Assembly: GCA_020442165.1 (NCBI GenBank)
Contig: JAGRKV010000022.1
Coordinates: forward strand, 5,921-69,920
Direction: 5' to 3'
Length of the DNA: 64,000 nucleotides
Origin: Hyphomicrobiaceae bacterium
Lineage (GTDB): Bacteria; Pseudomonadota; Alphaproteobacteria; Rhizobiales; Hyphomicrobiaceae
This document shows, piece by piece, positions 1 to 10,014 of the stretch (position 1 is the stretch's first letter; every line of letters begins with the position of its first letter). The translations under genes and the position numbers were made by a program. The notes beneath the pieces were generated by a model. It made no database searches. It had not been told where the DNA came from and was given only the letters and a program-made list of their open reading frames with translations.

Positions 1-361
1 GGAGTTTGGCAATCTGCCCGTGGCGCTGATAGAGCGAGCCGCGAACAATTTTCTCCTGCGCTTCGAGTTCCCCCAGCCGCCCTTCGATGGCGGACATCTT
101 GGCTTCGCTCTTCTGGATCAGCTGCCCGGTTTCGACCAGACGCCGCTTCAGGTTCTCGCGCTCCGTGTCAATTTCGGCAACATTCCTGGCAAGCGACGTC
201 TCGCGCTCGCGGGCTGAATGGAGTTCGTTCTGCTGCAATTCCAGTTTTCGGCGGGTGGCATCGGCATCCGCATCTTGCGACGCGACCGGCCGGGCACCGG
301 CGAGCAGCACGAGCAGCACCGCCGCCGCGGCACCAAGCGACGGCGCAACGCTACGCCGCAT
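1..361 (-). CDS. Partial exported coiled-coil protein (3' end outside window). It looks like the N-terminus of an EnvC-like murein hydrolase activator / M23 peptidase.
   Basis: Absent from the ORF track because it runs off the window. The ATG at 361 (reverse strand) gives MRRSVAPSLGAAAAVLLVLLAGARPVASQDADADATRRKLELQQNELHSARERETSLARNVAEIDTERENLKRRLVETGQLIQKSEAKMSAIEGRLGELEAQEK..., a signal peptide followed by a long coiled coil. The catalytic domain is not visible, so the family call is tentative. Confidence 0.5.
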   Translation of the reverse strand, partial: MRRSVAPSLGAAAAVLLVLLAGARPVASQDADADATRRKLELQQNELHSARERETSLARNVAEIDTERENLKRRLVETGQLIQKSEAKMSAIEGRLGELEAQEKIVRGSLYQRHGQIAKL

Positions 362-706
362 TGCCGCCGAGCGGCATCCAGCCGGGCGCCAAGTCGTAGT
401 GGTGTTTGTCGTCCGAGTTGCCCTGAAAAGGCTCAAGTCAAATCCTCGTGCGGGCGATCCGCGAAAACGCGCACGTCCCGTCGGCATTGCATCAGGAAGT
501 CGCCCATGATTCGCAAAATTACGGCATTTGCAGGCCGCAGCCAAAACCAATCGCACCTCTGGCTCCATCGCGGCTAGCCGCCAGTCGGCGCCGCGAAAAG
601 CTGCGGCCATTTTGCAACGCCATTTGCAGCCTCGCCGGGCCGGCGCTATCAAGGCGACAAAAAACAGCGATGACGCGGGCAGTTCCCTGAAGGTGGTCGG
701 CAACCC

Positions 707-898
707 ATGCAAACGGCACTTTATTATCTGACGACGGTAGCTGTCTTCGCGGTTGCCGTCGTGCTTGTCCTGGGGCTGTGGAGCCTGTTCAGCCAAAAGA
801 GTTCCAGCCGCAGCCAGATGCTGATGCGATGGCGGGTGGGCCTGCAATTCTTGGCAATCTTAATCATCATGGCCTTCTTGCTGGTCAAGGGCTGGTAA
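707..898 (+). CDS. Twin-transmembrane-helix small protein (HIG1-domain-like)
   Basis: 63 aa with two hydrophobic helices (LTTVAVFAVAVVLVLGLWSLF and LQFLAILIIMAFLLV) joined by a basic loop containing RWRVG. This pattern is typical of the alphaproteobacterial HIG1-like small membrane protein. Confidence 0.65.
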   Translation: MQTALYYLTTVAVFAVAVVLVLGLWSLFSQKSSSRSQMLMRWRVGLQFLAILIIMAFLLVKGW

Positions 899-966
899 AG
901 CCGGGGCAATCATCAGCGGGCCCACCGGATCAGCATGAGGCTCCCCCACTCAGGACGCGACAGCTT

Positions 967-1548
967 ATGGTCAAATTGAACAAGATCTACACGCGCACCG
1001 GCGACAAGGGCACGACCGGCTTGGGCACCGGCGAGAGGGTGCCCAAACATGCTCTGCGGATTGCAGCTTACGGCACTGTCGACGAAGCGAATGCAGCAAT
1101 CGGCGTCGCGCGCCTGCATATGGAACCCGCCTATGCGGCGGTCGACGCCATGTTGCTGCGCGTCCAGAATGATCTGTTCGACCTGGGTGCGGACCTGTGC
1201 GTTCCCGATCGCGGCGAAAAGCTGGCCTATGAGCCATTGCGCATGGTGGCCGCGCAAGTAACGCGCCTTGAAAAGGAGATCGACGAGCTGAACGGCGAAC
1301 TCTCACCGCTCAAATCCTTCGTGCTGCCAGGAGGCACACCGGCTGCGGCACACCTGCATGTTGCGCGCACCGTCTCGCGCCGCGCCGAGCGGCTGATGGC
1401 TGAACTCGCGGCCGACAACAACGAGCCGGTAAGCCAGGAAGCGCTGCAATACATCAACCGCCTGTCCGACTTCCTCTTCGTCGCCGGCCGCTACGTCAAC
1501 GAGCTAGGCAAGCGTGACGTGCTGTGGGTACCCGGCCAAAACCGCTGA
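967..1548 (+). CDS. PduO-type ATP:cob(I)alamin adenosyltransferase
   Basis: The ATG at 967 gives the canonical N-terminus MVKLNKIYTRTGDKGTTGLGTGERV. The rest of the protein (VDEANAAIG, QNDLFDLGADL, FVLPGG) fits this family. The track start at 778 is an over-extension. Confidence 0.85.
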   Translation: MVKLNKIYTRTGDKGTTGLGTGERVPKHALRIAAYGTVDEANAAIGVARLHMEPAYAAVDAMLLRVQNDLFDLGADLCVPDRGEKLAYEPLRMVAAQVTRLEKEIDELNGELSPLKSFVLPGGTPAAAHLHVARTVSRRAERLMAELAADNNEPVSQEALQYINRLSDFLFVAGRYVNELGKRDVLWVPGQNR

Positions 1549-1659
1549 ATGCGGAAAGCGGCGCGGGCAAGCGCGAAAAGTTCGCTTCTCTCTGGACAAA
1601 TGAACAAGGCACAGATCTAGCTAGGGACATCGACCCAGCCCGCTGAGGAGATTGCTTCG

Positions 1660-2358
1660 GTGTTCGTACCCCTCCAGGACGACAATCCGCTCAAGTACAT
1701 CGCTGCGCCTTACGTCACCTACGCGCTGCTGGCCGCCAACATCGCAGTCCTGCTGATGACCGGTGGCGGCACCGACCAGCCTTTCATTGCCAGCTTCGGT
1801 GTTGTTCCCGCCGAGCTGTTCGGAACTCTGCCGCAAACGACCACCCAGACCGTCGCCTTGCCGGAAAACCTGACTCTGCTAAGCTACATGTTCTTCCATG
1901 GTGATGTCATTCACCTGCTCGGCAATATGATCTTCCTCTGGGTCTTCGGCGACAACGTCGAGGACGCAATGGGCCATTTCCGTTTCCTGATCTTCTATTT
2001 GCTCTGCGGCATATTCGCGGGCCTCGTCCATGCCTGGGTCACGCCCGCTTCCGATACGCCTCTGATCGGCTCCAGCGGTGCCGTTGCCGGTGTTATCGCC
2101 GCCTACCTGATGCTCCACCCTAGGGTCATGGTGTGGGTGCTTGCTTTCAAAGTGTTGCCGTTGCGCATCAGCGCAGGAATAGTTCTAAGCGTATGGATTT
2201 TAACGCAGATTGTCATGATCTTGGTGCCGCAAGTCGAGTCCATTGCGTGGTGGGCACACATTGGGGGCCTGATCGCCGGGGCGGTTCTGGTCATCTTCAT
2301 GAAGCGCCCTGACGTGCCATTGTTCGACCGTGGGCTGCCGGCACGAGCGGCGCGCTAG
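1660..2358 (+). CDS. Rhomboid family intramembrane serine protease
   Basis: Polytopic membrane protein carrying the GSSGAVAGV (GxSG) serine motif and the downstream catalytic His context WAHIGGLIAG. GTG start. Confidence 0.85.
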   Translation: MFVPLQDDNPLKYIAAPYVTYALLAANIAVLLMTGGGTDQPFIASFGVVPAELFGTLPQTTTQTVALPENLTLLSYMFFHGDVIHLLGNMIFLWVFGDNVEDAMGHFRFLIFYLLCGIFAGLVHAWVTPASDTPLIGSSGAVAGVIAAYLMLHPRVMVWVLAFKVLPLRISAGIVLSVWILTQIVMILVPQVESIAWWAHIGGLIAGAVLVIFMKRPDVPLFDRGLPARAAR

Positions 2359-2694
2359 GCTGCGTGCATATTGGGCACTCGTTCCGACGAATTGGTCTTT
2401 ATCCTGCCCGGCGGGTTCCTACTTTACGTCGGTTGCATTGACTTCCGGAAAACCCGTATTAGGCTTGTGTTTCGCACATGCGAACGGCGCATTCGCGCCT
2501 TCGATTGCGGTCGCAAAGTCGGCTGTGTGGGAGCCAAGTTTGCGGTGCACAACAAAGGAAATTAGGCGCCATCACCGCACGGATGGCCGAAACGCAAGCA
2601 ATCGGAGACTCTGCGCAAAGCCGGTGCAATGCCGATGTTTACGCGCCCGGTTAGCAGGCAAAACAAAAATACAAGGCTGGGGATCGCTGCGGAA

Positions 2695-3450
2695 ATGAAG
2701 ATACTGGTGCCGGTGAAGCGGGTCGTTGACTACAACGTCAAGATCCGCGTCAAAGCCGACGGCTCGGGCATCGAGCTGGCCAACGTCAAGATGTCGATGA
2801 ACCCCTTCGACGAGATCGCCGTCGAGGAAGCCGTTCGCATCAAGGAAAAGAACGCGGGCACCGAGATTATTGTCGTCTCCGTTGGGCCGACAAAGGCCCA
2901 GGACATCATACGCACCGCACTCGCCATTGGCGCCGACCGCGGCATCCTTGTCGAAACGCCCGATGGGGCAACTGTCGAACCATTGGCCGTAGCCAAGATC
3001 CTCAAGGCCATCGTTGCCGAGGAAAACCCCGAACTCGTTATTCTCGGCAAGCAGGCCATCGACGACGACAGCAACCAGACCGGCCAGATGCTCGCCGCGC
3101 TGCTTGGATGGCCGCAAGGTACGTTCGCCTCCAAGGTTGAATTCGCCGACGGCACGATCGCCGTAACGCGCGAAGTCGACGGCGGGCTTGAGACCGTTGG
3201 CCTGAAGCTTCCTGCAGTCGTCACCACCGACTTGCGCTTGAACGAACCGCGCTATCCAACCCTTCCCAACATCATGAAGGCCAAGAAGAAGCCGCTCGAC
3301 GTCAAGAAACCCGATGCCTACGGCGTCGATATCACACCCCGCCTGGAGATCATCACCACCGCCGAGCCGAAGAAGCGCGAAGCCGGCGTGAAAGTGGAAA
3401 GCGTTGCAGATCTCGTCTCGAAATTGAAATCCGATGCGGGGGTTCTGTGA
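2695..3450 (+). CDS. etfB: Electron transfer flavoprotein subunit beta
   Basis: [48 protein letters not shown] is a canonical EtfB N-terminus. The ATG at 2695 was chosen over the track start at 2629. Confidence 0.95.
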   Translation: MKILVPVKRVVDYNVKIRVKADGSGIELANVKMSMNPFDEIAVEEAVRIKEKNAGTEIIVVSVGPTKAQDIIRTALAIGADRGILVETPDGATVEPLAVAKILKAIVAEENPELVILGKQAIDDDSNQTGQMLAALLGWPQGTFASKVEFADGTIAVTREVDGGLETVGLKLPAVVTTDLRLNEPRYPTLPNIMKAKKKPLDVKKPDAYGVDITPRLEIITTAEPKKREAGVKVESVADLVSKLKSDAGVL

Positions 3451-4394
3451 TGACTATTCTCGTTCTCGCTGAACACGACAATGCGTCCCTGAACCCGGCC
3501 ACCGCCAAGGCAGTCATGGCCGCGAAAGCGATAGGTGGCGACATCCATATTGTTGTCGCTGGTTCCGGAGCAAAGGCCGTAGCGGATGCCGCCGCGAAGC
3601 TCGACGGCGTCACCAAGGTTCTGCTCGCTGATGCCGCCCATCTTGGCAACGCGCTCGCCGAAGAAACCGCCGCTCTGCTGCTCCAGTTGATGCCCGGTTA
3701 CGACGTGCTGATCGCTCCGGCCACGGCCTCGGGCAAGAACATCCTGCCGCGCGTCGCAGCAATGCTCGACGTCATGCAGATCTCAGACATCACCGCGGTA
3801 AAGAGCGCCGATACCTTCGAACGGCCGATCTATGCCGGCAACGCCATCCAGACGGTGAAGTCAGGCGAAAGCAAAAAGGTAATCACCGTGCGCACCGCCG
3901 CCTTCCAGCCCGTGGGCGAGGGTGGCAGTGCATCGGTTGAAAGCGTTGATGCGCCGGCCCCGGCTGGTATCTCGACCTTCAAGGGTGCCGAGCTGACCAA
4001 ATCGGACCGGCCCGACCTTGCTTCCGCGCGGATCATCATCTCCGGCGGGCGCGGCCTCCAGTCGGGCGAGAATTTCCACAAACTGATCGAGCCGGTCGCC
4101 GACAGGATTGGTGCGGCGATCGGCGCCTCGCGTGCCGCGGTCGATGCGGGCTTCGTGCCCAACGACATGCAGGTTGGGCAAACAGGCAAGGTTGTTGCGC
4201 CCGAACTCTATATCGCTGTCGGCATTTCAGGTGCCATCCAGCATCTCGCCGGCATGAAGGATTCCAAGATCATCGTTGCGATCAACAAGGACGAGGAGGC
4301 ACCGATTTTCCAGGTTGCTGATTATGGCCTCGTCGCTGACCTGTTCCAGGCGCTGCCGGAACTGGCAGCGGAATTGGATAAGACTGGGAGCTGA
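3450..4394 (+). CDS. etfA: Electron transfer flavoprotein subunit alpha
   Basis: Starts [11 protein letters not shown] and carries the FAD-binding C-terminal segment [32 protein letters not shown]. Its ATG overlaps the etfB TGA by 1 nt. Confidence 0.95.
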   Translation: MTILVLAEHDNASLNPATAKAVMAAKAIGGDIHIVVAGSGAKAVADAAAKLDGVTKVLLADAAHLGNALAEETAALLLQLMPGYDVLIAPATASGKNILPRVAAMLDVMQISDITAVKSADTFERPIYAGNAIQTVKSGESKKVITVRTAAFQPVGEGGSASVESVDAPAPAGISTFKGAELTKSDRPDLASARIIISGGRGLQSGENFHKLIEPVADRIGAAIGASRAAVDAGFVPNDMQVGQTGKVVAPELYIAVGISGAIQHLAGMKDSKIIVAINKDEEAPIFQVADYGLVADLFQALPELAAELDKTGS

Positions 4395-4481
4395 AGCACG
4401 CTGAGTGGGGTAGATCCGTGCTGCGCCAATTGAAGCGCTGGCTACGGCAAGACAAGCGGTCGTGAGAAAAGGACGAAAGAG

Positions 4482-5423
4482 ATGGACGCTGCAGTCAAGG
4501 CGCCGAAGAAGTCAAAGCCAAGCGCTGGCGCGGATACAAAGAATGTGACCAGGATCAAGAAGGTCGGCATTATTGGTGCGGGTCAGATGGGCAACGGCAT
4601 TGCCCACGTCATCGCGCTTGCCGGCTACAATGTCGCTCTCAACGATCTCAAGAAGGAAGCGGTTGAACGCGCCTTGGAGACGATCGGCAAGAACATGAGC
4701 CGCCAGGTTTCCAAGGGCATGATTGCCGAGGACGACCGCAAGGTGGCGATGGACCGCATTTCCTATGCGCCCGACTACAATGCCTTCGGCGATTGCGATC
4801 TTGTCATCGAGGCCGCGACCGAGGACGAGAACATCAAGCGGCGCATTTTCACCGATCTGTGCCCCTACCTGAAGAGTGATGCGATGCTGGCGACCAATAC
4901 GTCGTCGATCTCCATCACGCGCTTGGCGGCGACCACCGACCGCCCCGAGCACTTCATCGGCATGCACTTCATGAACCCAGTGCCGCTGATGGAACTGGTC
5001 GAGCTGATCCGCGGCATCGCCACCGAGGACGAGACATTCGGCGTCGCCAAGGAGTTCGTGCTGTCGCTCGGCAAGCGCATGGCCGTCAGCGAGGACTTTC
5101 CGGCCTTCATCGTCAACCGCATCCTGCTGCCGATGATAAATGAGGCGGTCTACACGCTCTATGAGGGCGTGGGCACGGTGGAATCGATCGACAAGGCAAT
5201 GAAGCTCGGCGCCCACCATCCGATGGGACCGTTGGAACTTGCCGACTTCATCGGCCTGGATACCTGCCTTTCGGTCATGCAGGTGCTCTATGAAGGCCTC
5301 GCCGACAGCAAGTACCGCCCATGCCCGCTGCTGGTGAAATACGTCGAAGCAGGTTGGCTCGGCCGCAAGACCAAGCGCGGCTTCTATGACTACCGTGGCG
5401 AAGTCCCGGTTCCGACGCGCTGA
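4482..5423 (+). CDS. hbd: 3-hydroxybutyryl-CoA dehydrogenase (3-hydroxyacyl-CoA dehydrogenase family)
   Basis: Rossmann motif KKVGIIGAGQMGNGIA, a NAD-binding plus C-terminal dimerisation domain pattern (HFMNPVPLMELVE, GRKTKRGFYDY), and an AAGGA RBS upstream of the ATG. Confidence 0.9.
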   Translation: MDAAVKAPKKSKPSAGADTKNVTRIKKVGIIGAGQMGNGIAHVIALAGYNVALNDLKKEAVERALETIGKNMSRQVSKGMIAEDDRKVAMDRISYAPDYNAFGDCDLVIEAATEDENIKRRIFTDLCPYLKSDAMLATNTSSISITRLAATTDRPEHFIGMHFMNPVPLMELVELIRGIATEDETFGVAKEFVLSLGKRMAVSEDFPAFIVNRILLPMINEAVYTLYEGVGTVESIDKAMKLGAHHPMGPLELADFIGLDTCLSVMQVLYEGLADSKYRPCPLLVKYVEAGWLGRKTKRGFYDYRGEVPVPTR

Positions 5424-5457
5424 GCGCTTGTCGCCGCCGACAAATGCAGGCTTTATG

Positions 5458-5491
5458 AACGGACGCCCCACGAAGGCGTCCGTTTTGTTTT
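5458..5491 (+). terminator. Rho-independent terminator after hbd
   Basis: 10-bp perfect stem AACGGACGCC / GGCGTCCGTT (5458-5467 / 5475-5484) with a 7-nt loop, followed by TTGTTTT. Confidence 0.7.
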
Positions 5492-5550
5492 CAAGAGCAC
5501 GTCTCCTGGCGGAGCGACAGGCGCGCAGACGTCGCAAGGAATGGCACCCC

Positions 5551-6579
5551 TTGAGCTACGACCTCTACCTTTTTCCACGCAAGGCATTCTCGCGGACTGA
5601 GTTCGAGCGCTATTTCAGCGGCCGGCGCCACTACACGCTAGAGAGCGATGGCGATGCCTCCTATGAGAATCGCGCGACCGGTGTCTATTTCGCGTTCTCC
5701 TTTTCGCCAGCGGCAAGCCCCGAGGAGATCGCAGCCGAGATTGCAGATGATCCTGACCTTGCCAGCGACAAGGAATGGCTGGCCCAGCGGCAGCGCGTTT
5801 CAATCTTTTTCAATATGAATTATGTGCGTCCGCATGTTTTCGGCGTCGAGGCAGCCGAAGAGATTGCCGCAGTCGTCAAAGAATTTTCATGCGACGTCCA
5901 GGACGATCAGCTCGATGGCATGGGCAAAGGTCCTTTCACGCGCGAGGGTTTCGCGCGCAGCTGGAATGCGGGCAATCGTTTCGGCTACAAGGTCTTCCAG
6001 TCCCGCGTGCCGGGTGCAGACGCTCCCCAGCAACTGCAGCAAGCAGCAGAAGCGCAGGGCATGCTGGTGGCGCCATCGCAGCGTATTGCCGATGTATGGC
6101 GGTGGAACTTCGGCATCGACGAACTCCAGGACTCGTTGAACACGAAAGGCATCGACGTTTTCGTGCCGCGAGTCATGTGGGGCCGTTCGCTGACATCGGT
6201 CGATGAAAGCCCGATCACTTTCGTCGTGTGGGGGCCAGATGTCGCAACGATTTTCCCTCCGGAAGCCAGTCATGCCCTGGTCGGCTCCCGGCCGGTGACA
6301 ACAGGCATGCTGTCGCGGCTTCGCTTTGGCCGGCGCAAGAGTGACCAGCAGTTTCTGCTTGTCGCTCGCGAGCGATTGATAGCAATGGCCCCCGTCGAAC
6401 ACATTTCTGTTGGCGGCCGCAAGCTTGCCTTTTGCGCGCGCGGAGGCGGCAGTTTCGATCCGGCATTCTACTCCGGCCTGAGTCGGGGCACGTCCGCCGC
6501 CGATCCCAAATCGCTGGTGAGCATGGTAGCGCCCGATGGCGTACTCGATGCCGACATCTTCGAGACACTACAACAGTAA
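5551..6579 (+). CDS. Hypothetical protein, no family recognised
   Basis: Long ORF with genome-typical codon usage. The track start (5386) and the next ATG (5455) lie inside hbd or its terminator. The in-frame TTG at 5551 is preceded by AAGGAA with 9-nt spacing and gives MSYDLYLFPRKAF... (343 aa). Confidence 0.55.
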   Translation: MSYDLYLFPRKAFSRTEFERYFSGRRHYTLESDGDASYENRATGVYFAFSFSPAASPEEIAAEIADDPDLASDKEWLAQRQRVSIFFNMNYVRPHVFGVEAAEEIAAVVKEFSCDVQDDQLDGMGKGPFTREGFARSWNAGNRFGYKVFQSRVPGADAPQQLQQAAEAQGMLVAPSQRIADVWRWNFGIDELQDSLNTKGIDVFVPRVMWGRSLTSVDESPITFVVWGPDVATIFPPEASHALVGSRPVTTGMLSRLRFGRRKSDQQFLLVARERLIAMAPVEHISVGGRKLAFCARGGGSFDPAFYSGLSRGTSAADPKSLVSMVAPDGVLDADIFETLQQ

Positions 6580-6694
6580 CCTCACCCGCAATCGTCTGTG
6601 CCGCGCCGCACGGCTGAAAGTTGTCGTGTTGGATATGCGCGTGGTAGCGTTGTCATCCAAACAGTCAATTCGCTGACGATACGAGGTCGATGCA

Positions 6695-7462
6695 GTGGAC
6701 GCCAAAATTGCCAAAGTCGCGGTGGTGACGGGAGCTGGCTCGGGCATCGGCCGAGCGGTGGCTTTGGCACTTCAGGGCGACGGTTACAACGTCGCGCTGG
6801 CCGGCCGTCGCGCCGCCGAACTTGAAGCGACCAAGGCGATGGCGCGCGCAGGTGGCGGCGAGATGCTCGTCGATGTCACCGACGTATCAGACCCGCTGAG
6901 CGTCAAAAGTCTCTTCCAGGCCACCGTTCAGGCCTTTGGCCGTGTTGACGTGCTGTTCAACAACGCGGGCATCTTCGCGCCGCCCAGCTACATAGAGGAC
7001 ATGCCGGTCGCAACCTGGCGTCAGATGGTCGATGTCAATCTCAGCGGCGTCATCTACTGCTGTCAGGAGGCCATCCGCGTGATGAAGCGTCAGGCACCGA
7101 AGGGCGGGCGCATCATCAACAACGGCTCCATCTCGGCGATGACCCCTCGTCCGCTTTCAAGCGCATACACCACCACCAAGCACGCGATAACCGGCCTCAC
7201 CAAATCGATTGCACTGGAAGGCCGAGGCCACAACATCGCCTGCGGCCAGATCGACATCGGCAACGCCACGACTGCGATGACTGAGCCGATGGCCAAGGGC
7301 CAGGGAGCGTTGCAGGCGGATGGCAGCAAAAAGGTTGAGCCGCGCATGGACGTCGCCCACGTCGCCAGTGCCGTGCTCTACATGGCGAACCTGCCGCTCG
7401 ATACCAACGTACTGTCGATGACCATCAAGGCCACCGAAATGCCGTTCGAGGGCCGTGGGTGA
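6695..7462 (+). CDS. SDR family oxidoreductase
   Basis: [10 protein letters not shown] cofactor motif, NNAG, and a catalytic Y-x3-K context (SAYTTTKHA). Confidence 0.85.
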   Translation: MDAKIAKVAVVTGAGSGIGRAVALALQGDGYNVALAGRRAAELEATKAMARAGGGEMLVDVTDVSDPLSVKSLFQATVQAFGRVDVLFNNAGIFAPPSYIEDMPVATWRQMVDVNLSGVIYCCQEAIRVMKRQAPKGGRIINNGSISAMTPRPLSSAYTTTKHAITGLTKSIALEGRGHNIACGQIDIGNATTAMTEPMAKGQGALQADGSKKVEPRMDVAHVASAVLYMANLPLDTNVLSMTIKATEMPFEGRG

Positions 7463-7495
7463 GGCTCGCCAAGCCGAGCAACAAACATTCAATGA

Positions 7496-8431
7496 TTAGC
7501 GCCGCCGCCTGGCTTGGCTTTTGTTGTCGAGCGACCATGGCGGCGTGCCCGCATAGGCCAAGCGGAGATGATCGACGAAGGCCCTTGTCTTCAACGGCGC
7601 ATGCCGGCCTGCGGGAAACACGGCATAAATACCGAGCGTGCGCGTTGCGACCTCCCCAAGAACAATCGAAAGCCTGCCCGCGCGGACGTGCTCGGCAACG
7701 ACGAAATCGGGCTGGTAGGCAAGTCCGCCGCCATCGACTGCCATGCCCACGAGGGCATCGCCATTGTTGCAAACGACGGCTGACTCTAAAGCAGGCGTTC
7801 GCGACGCCTGTCCCTTATGGTCGAAGCTCCAGCCCCGCCGTATGCCGCCTTGAGAATAGTCGAGGCAACGGTGCATCGCGATGTCCTCGATACGTCGTGG
7901 CGTCCCGTACCGTTCCAGATATGTCGGCGCGGCCACGACCACGATCCGCGATTCCGCCAGACGTGTCGCGATCAGCGAACTATCCGCCAGTTGACCGATG
8001 CGGATGGCCAGATCGTAGCCCTCTTCGATCAGATCGACGAACCGGTCGTTGAGCGACAAGTCGATGCGTGCATCCGCGTGCATCTCCAGATAGGGCGCGA
8101 TCATCGGTGCCACATGCGCGAGCCCGAACGACATCGGCGCACTCACCCGCAAAAGGCCGGAAGGTGCGGCCGCGTGATCGGACGCCGAACGCAGCGTTTC
8201 CTCGACGAGTTCCAAAACCTGCCGGAACGTGCCGACCATCTCCACGCCCGTATCGGTCAGGCTGATACGGCGCGTCGTGCGGTTGAAGAGCCGCACACCC
8301 AGATGCGCCTCGAGGTCGGCAACGTGCTTGCTCGCCATCGCCCGCGATAACGACAGCCGCTCGGCGGCGCGGGTGAAGCTGCCCGCATCGACGATGGCAA
8401 CGACCGTCCGCATGGAGTTCAAGAGATCCAT
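7496..8431 (-). CDS. LysR family transcriptional regulator
   Basis: The N-terminal wHTH MDLLNSMRTVVAIVDAGSFTRAAERLSLSRAMASKHVADLEAHLGVRLFNRTTRRISLTDTG is diagnostic. It is divergent from the DoxX/VOC genes. Confidence 0.9.
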   Translation of the reverse strand: MDLLNSMRTVVAIVDAGSFTRAAERLSLSRAMASKHVADLEAHLGVRLFNRTTRRISLTDTGVEMVGTFRQVLELVEETLRSASDHAAAPSGLLRVSAPMSFGLAHVAPMIAPYLEMHADARIDLSLNDRFVDLIEEGYDLAIRIGQLADSSLIATRLAESRIVVVAAPTYLERYGTPRRIEDIAMHRCLDYSQGGIRRGWSFDHKGQASRTPALESAVVCNNGDALVGMAVDGGGLAYQPDFVVAEHVRAGRLSIVLGEVATRTLGIYAVFPAGRHAPLKTRAFVDHLRLAYAGTPPWSLDNKSQARRRR

Positions 8432-8440
8432 GCATTATTC

Positions 8441-8468
8441 GTTATCATAAAACAATCATTTCGATAAC
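8441..8468. promoter_or_regulatory. Inverted repeat GTTATC-N16-GATAAC in the lysR/doxX divergent spacer, a possible LTTR operator
   Basis: 6-bp arms at 8441-8446 and 8463-8468 flank an AT-rich spacer, 10 nt upstream of the LysR start. The spacing does not match the classic T-N11-A box, so this is speculative. Confidence 0.25.
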
Positions 8469-8556
8469 CCGGTGATTATCTGCGCCCAGGCATCGATTAA
8501 CTTAGCTGTCGAAACGCAACTCAAGCTGGGCGCCCCCGCCCCCAGCCACACTGAAC

Positions 8557-8970
8557 ATGGAGAAAACAATGATCGACTCCCGCACCGCCCCATTTGCGGC
8601 CCTGCTGCTTCGCCTCGGCCTCGGCGCTCTCTTCATCGCTCACGGTCTCCTCAAGGTCTTCGTCTTCACCATCCCCGGCACGGTCGCCTACTTCGAGTCG
8701 ATCGGCTATCCGGGCGTCCTGGCTTATGCCGTGATCGCCGCGGAACTGATTGGCGGCACGATGCTGATCCTTGGCATTGCGCCGCGCGTGGTCGCCGTTG
8801 CGCTCATTCCGCTCATGATCGGAGCAACATTGCAGCACATTCCGAACGGCTGGCTCTTCTCGTCTCCGAAGGGTGGATGGGAGTTCCCAGCCTTCTGGAC
8901 AGTTCTATTGGTGGTCCAGGCGCTGCTGGGTTCCGGCCCTTACGCGTTGCTGCCAAAGCGGCGCGGCTAA
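8557..8970 (+). CDS. DoxX family membrane protein
   Basis: FAALLLRLGLGALFIAHGLLKVF plus AELIGGTMLILGI are typical of DoxX. The alternative ATG at 8569 has a better-placed GGAGA RBS. Confidence 0.85.
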   Translation: MEKTMIDSRTAPFAALLLRLGLGALFIAHGLLKVFVFTIPGTVAYFESIGYPGVLAYAVIAAELIGGTMLILGIAPRVVAVALIPLMIGATLQHIPNGWLFSSPKGGWEFPAFWTVLLVVQALLGSGPYALLPKRRG

Positions 8971-9022
8971 GCGCTGATGACATGATTGGCGTGCGCCATG
9001 CGAACCGAGGAGCATTAAAAAT

Positions 9023-9553
9023 ATGACCGCGACCAACACCACCAATTCTGCTCCGGCAGCACCGCCCGCAATTGATGCTGGCGCACGCATCGGCCATGTT
9101 CACTTGAAGGTGTCTGACCTTGAACGTGCGCTGCAATTCTATACAGGCGTACTGGGCTTCAAGATTACCCAGCGTTACGGCGCCCAGGCCGCGTTCGTCT
9201 CCGCTGGTGATTACCACCACCACATCGGGCTCAACACCTGGACGAGCAAGGGAGGCGCGCGGCCGCCAGCCGGCACAACCGGCCTCTTCCATGTCGCAAT
9301 CCTCTACCCGACGCGACGCGCACTTGCCGAAGCACTATTGCGCCTGATCGAGTCGAACGTGTCGCTGGAAGGCGCAAGCGATCATGGCGTCAGCGAAGCG
9401 CTCTATCTCTCCGATCCCGATGGCAACGGTCTGGAGCTTTATTGGGACCGGCCACAACACGAATGGCCGCGTCACGCCGACGGAACTCTTAAGATGACTA
9501 CATTGCCACTCGACCTGGAGGCTCTATTGGCATCCCGGACGATGGACGCATGA
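9023..9553 (+). CDS. VOC (glyoxalase/bleomycin resistance/dioxygenase) family protein
   Basis: IGHVHLKVSDLERALQFYTGVLGF and a second half-module (GASDHGVSEALYLSDPDGNGLELY). GAGGAG RBS. Confidence 0.85.
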   Translation: MTATNTTNSAPAAPPAIDAGARIGHVHLKVSDLERALQFYTGVLGFKITQRYGAQAAFVSAGDYHHHIGLNTWTSKGGARPPAGTTGLFHVAILYPTRRALAEALLRLIESNVSLEGASDHGVSEALYLSDPDGNGLELYWDRPQHEWPRHADGTLKMTTLPLDLEALLASRTMDA

Positions 9554-9591
9554 TGATGTGGCAGCTTGGAGAATCAGCCACATCAACAACA

Positions 9592-10014
9592 TCACGTCTT
9601 CTCTTGCCGGCGATCTTCATCACTCACGTATCGCAACGTCATGTCGCGCAACGTGACGATGCCCTTGAGTTCGCCCTTGTCCACGACCAGCGCACGCCCG
9701 GCACCCAGGCGCGTCAGCAGACGCACCGCATAGCGCAGCACCATACGCTCCTCGAGCGTCAGCACAGGTTTGGTCATGATCTCATAGACGCTGACACGGT
9801 CAGGAGAGCGGTTCTGACCAATCACCTTCTCGGCGATGTCACGCACAGTTATGAGGCCGTATTCATCATCGTCGTCGCGGCGGTCGATCACGAGTGAGCT
9901 GAGGCCCTGCTCCTTCATCGTATTGAGCGCCTGGCGCACGGTGGCCAGACCATCGATCACGGAAGGATTGGGCGTCATCACGTCACCAACGCGGGTTGGG
10001 CTTGAATCGCTCAT
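9592..10014 (-). CDS. Tandem-CBS domain protein
   Basis: 140 aa with two CBS repeats (VGDVMTPNPSVIDGLATVRQALNTMKEQGLSSLVI and VYEIMTKPVLTLEERMVLRYAVRLLTRLGAGRALVV). Its ATG overlaps the TGA of the upstream PII-like gene (ATGA). Confidence 0.85.
   Translation of the reverse strand: MSDSSPTRVGDVMTPNPSVIDGLATVRQALNTMKEQGLSSLVIDRRDDDDEYGLITVRDIAEKVIGQNRSPDRVSVYEIMTKPVLTLEERMVLRYAVRLLTRLGAGRALVVDKGELKGIVTLRDMTLRYVSDEDRRQEKT

Noticed and set aside
778-966. N-terminal extensions offered by the ORF track. Examples are 778 for the adenosyltransferase, 2629 etfB, 12048 DUF1538, 14127 XRE gene, 16480 ffh, 31171 carbonic anhydrase, 35544 acnA, 53127 SDR, 56431 smr and 58858 fxsA.
   Set aside because: In each case an internal ATG, or a TTG with an RBS, yields the canonical family N-terminus. 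The extension overlaps the preceding gene or a terminator, or has atypical composition.
4512-5537. 341-codon minus-strand ORF
   Set aside because: It is antisense to hbd (3-hydroxybutyryl-CoA dehydrogenase). It has no recognisable domain and no RBS.
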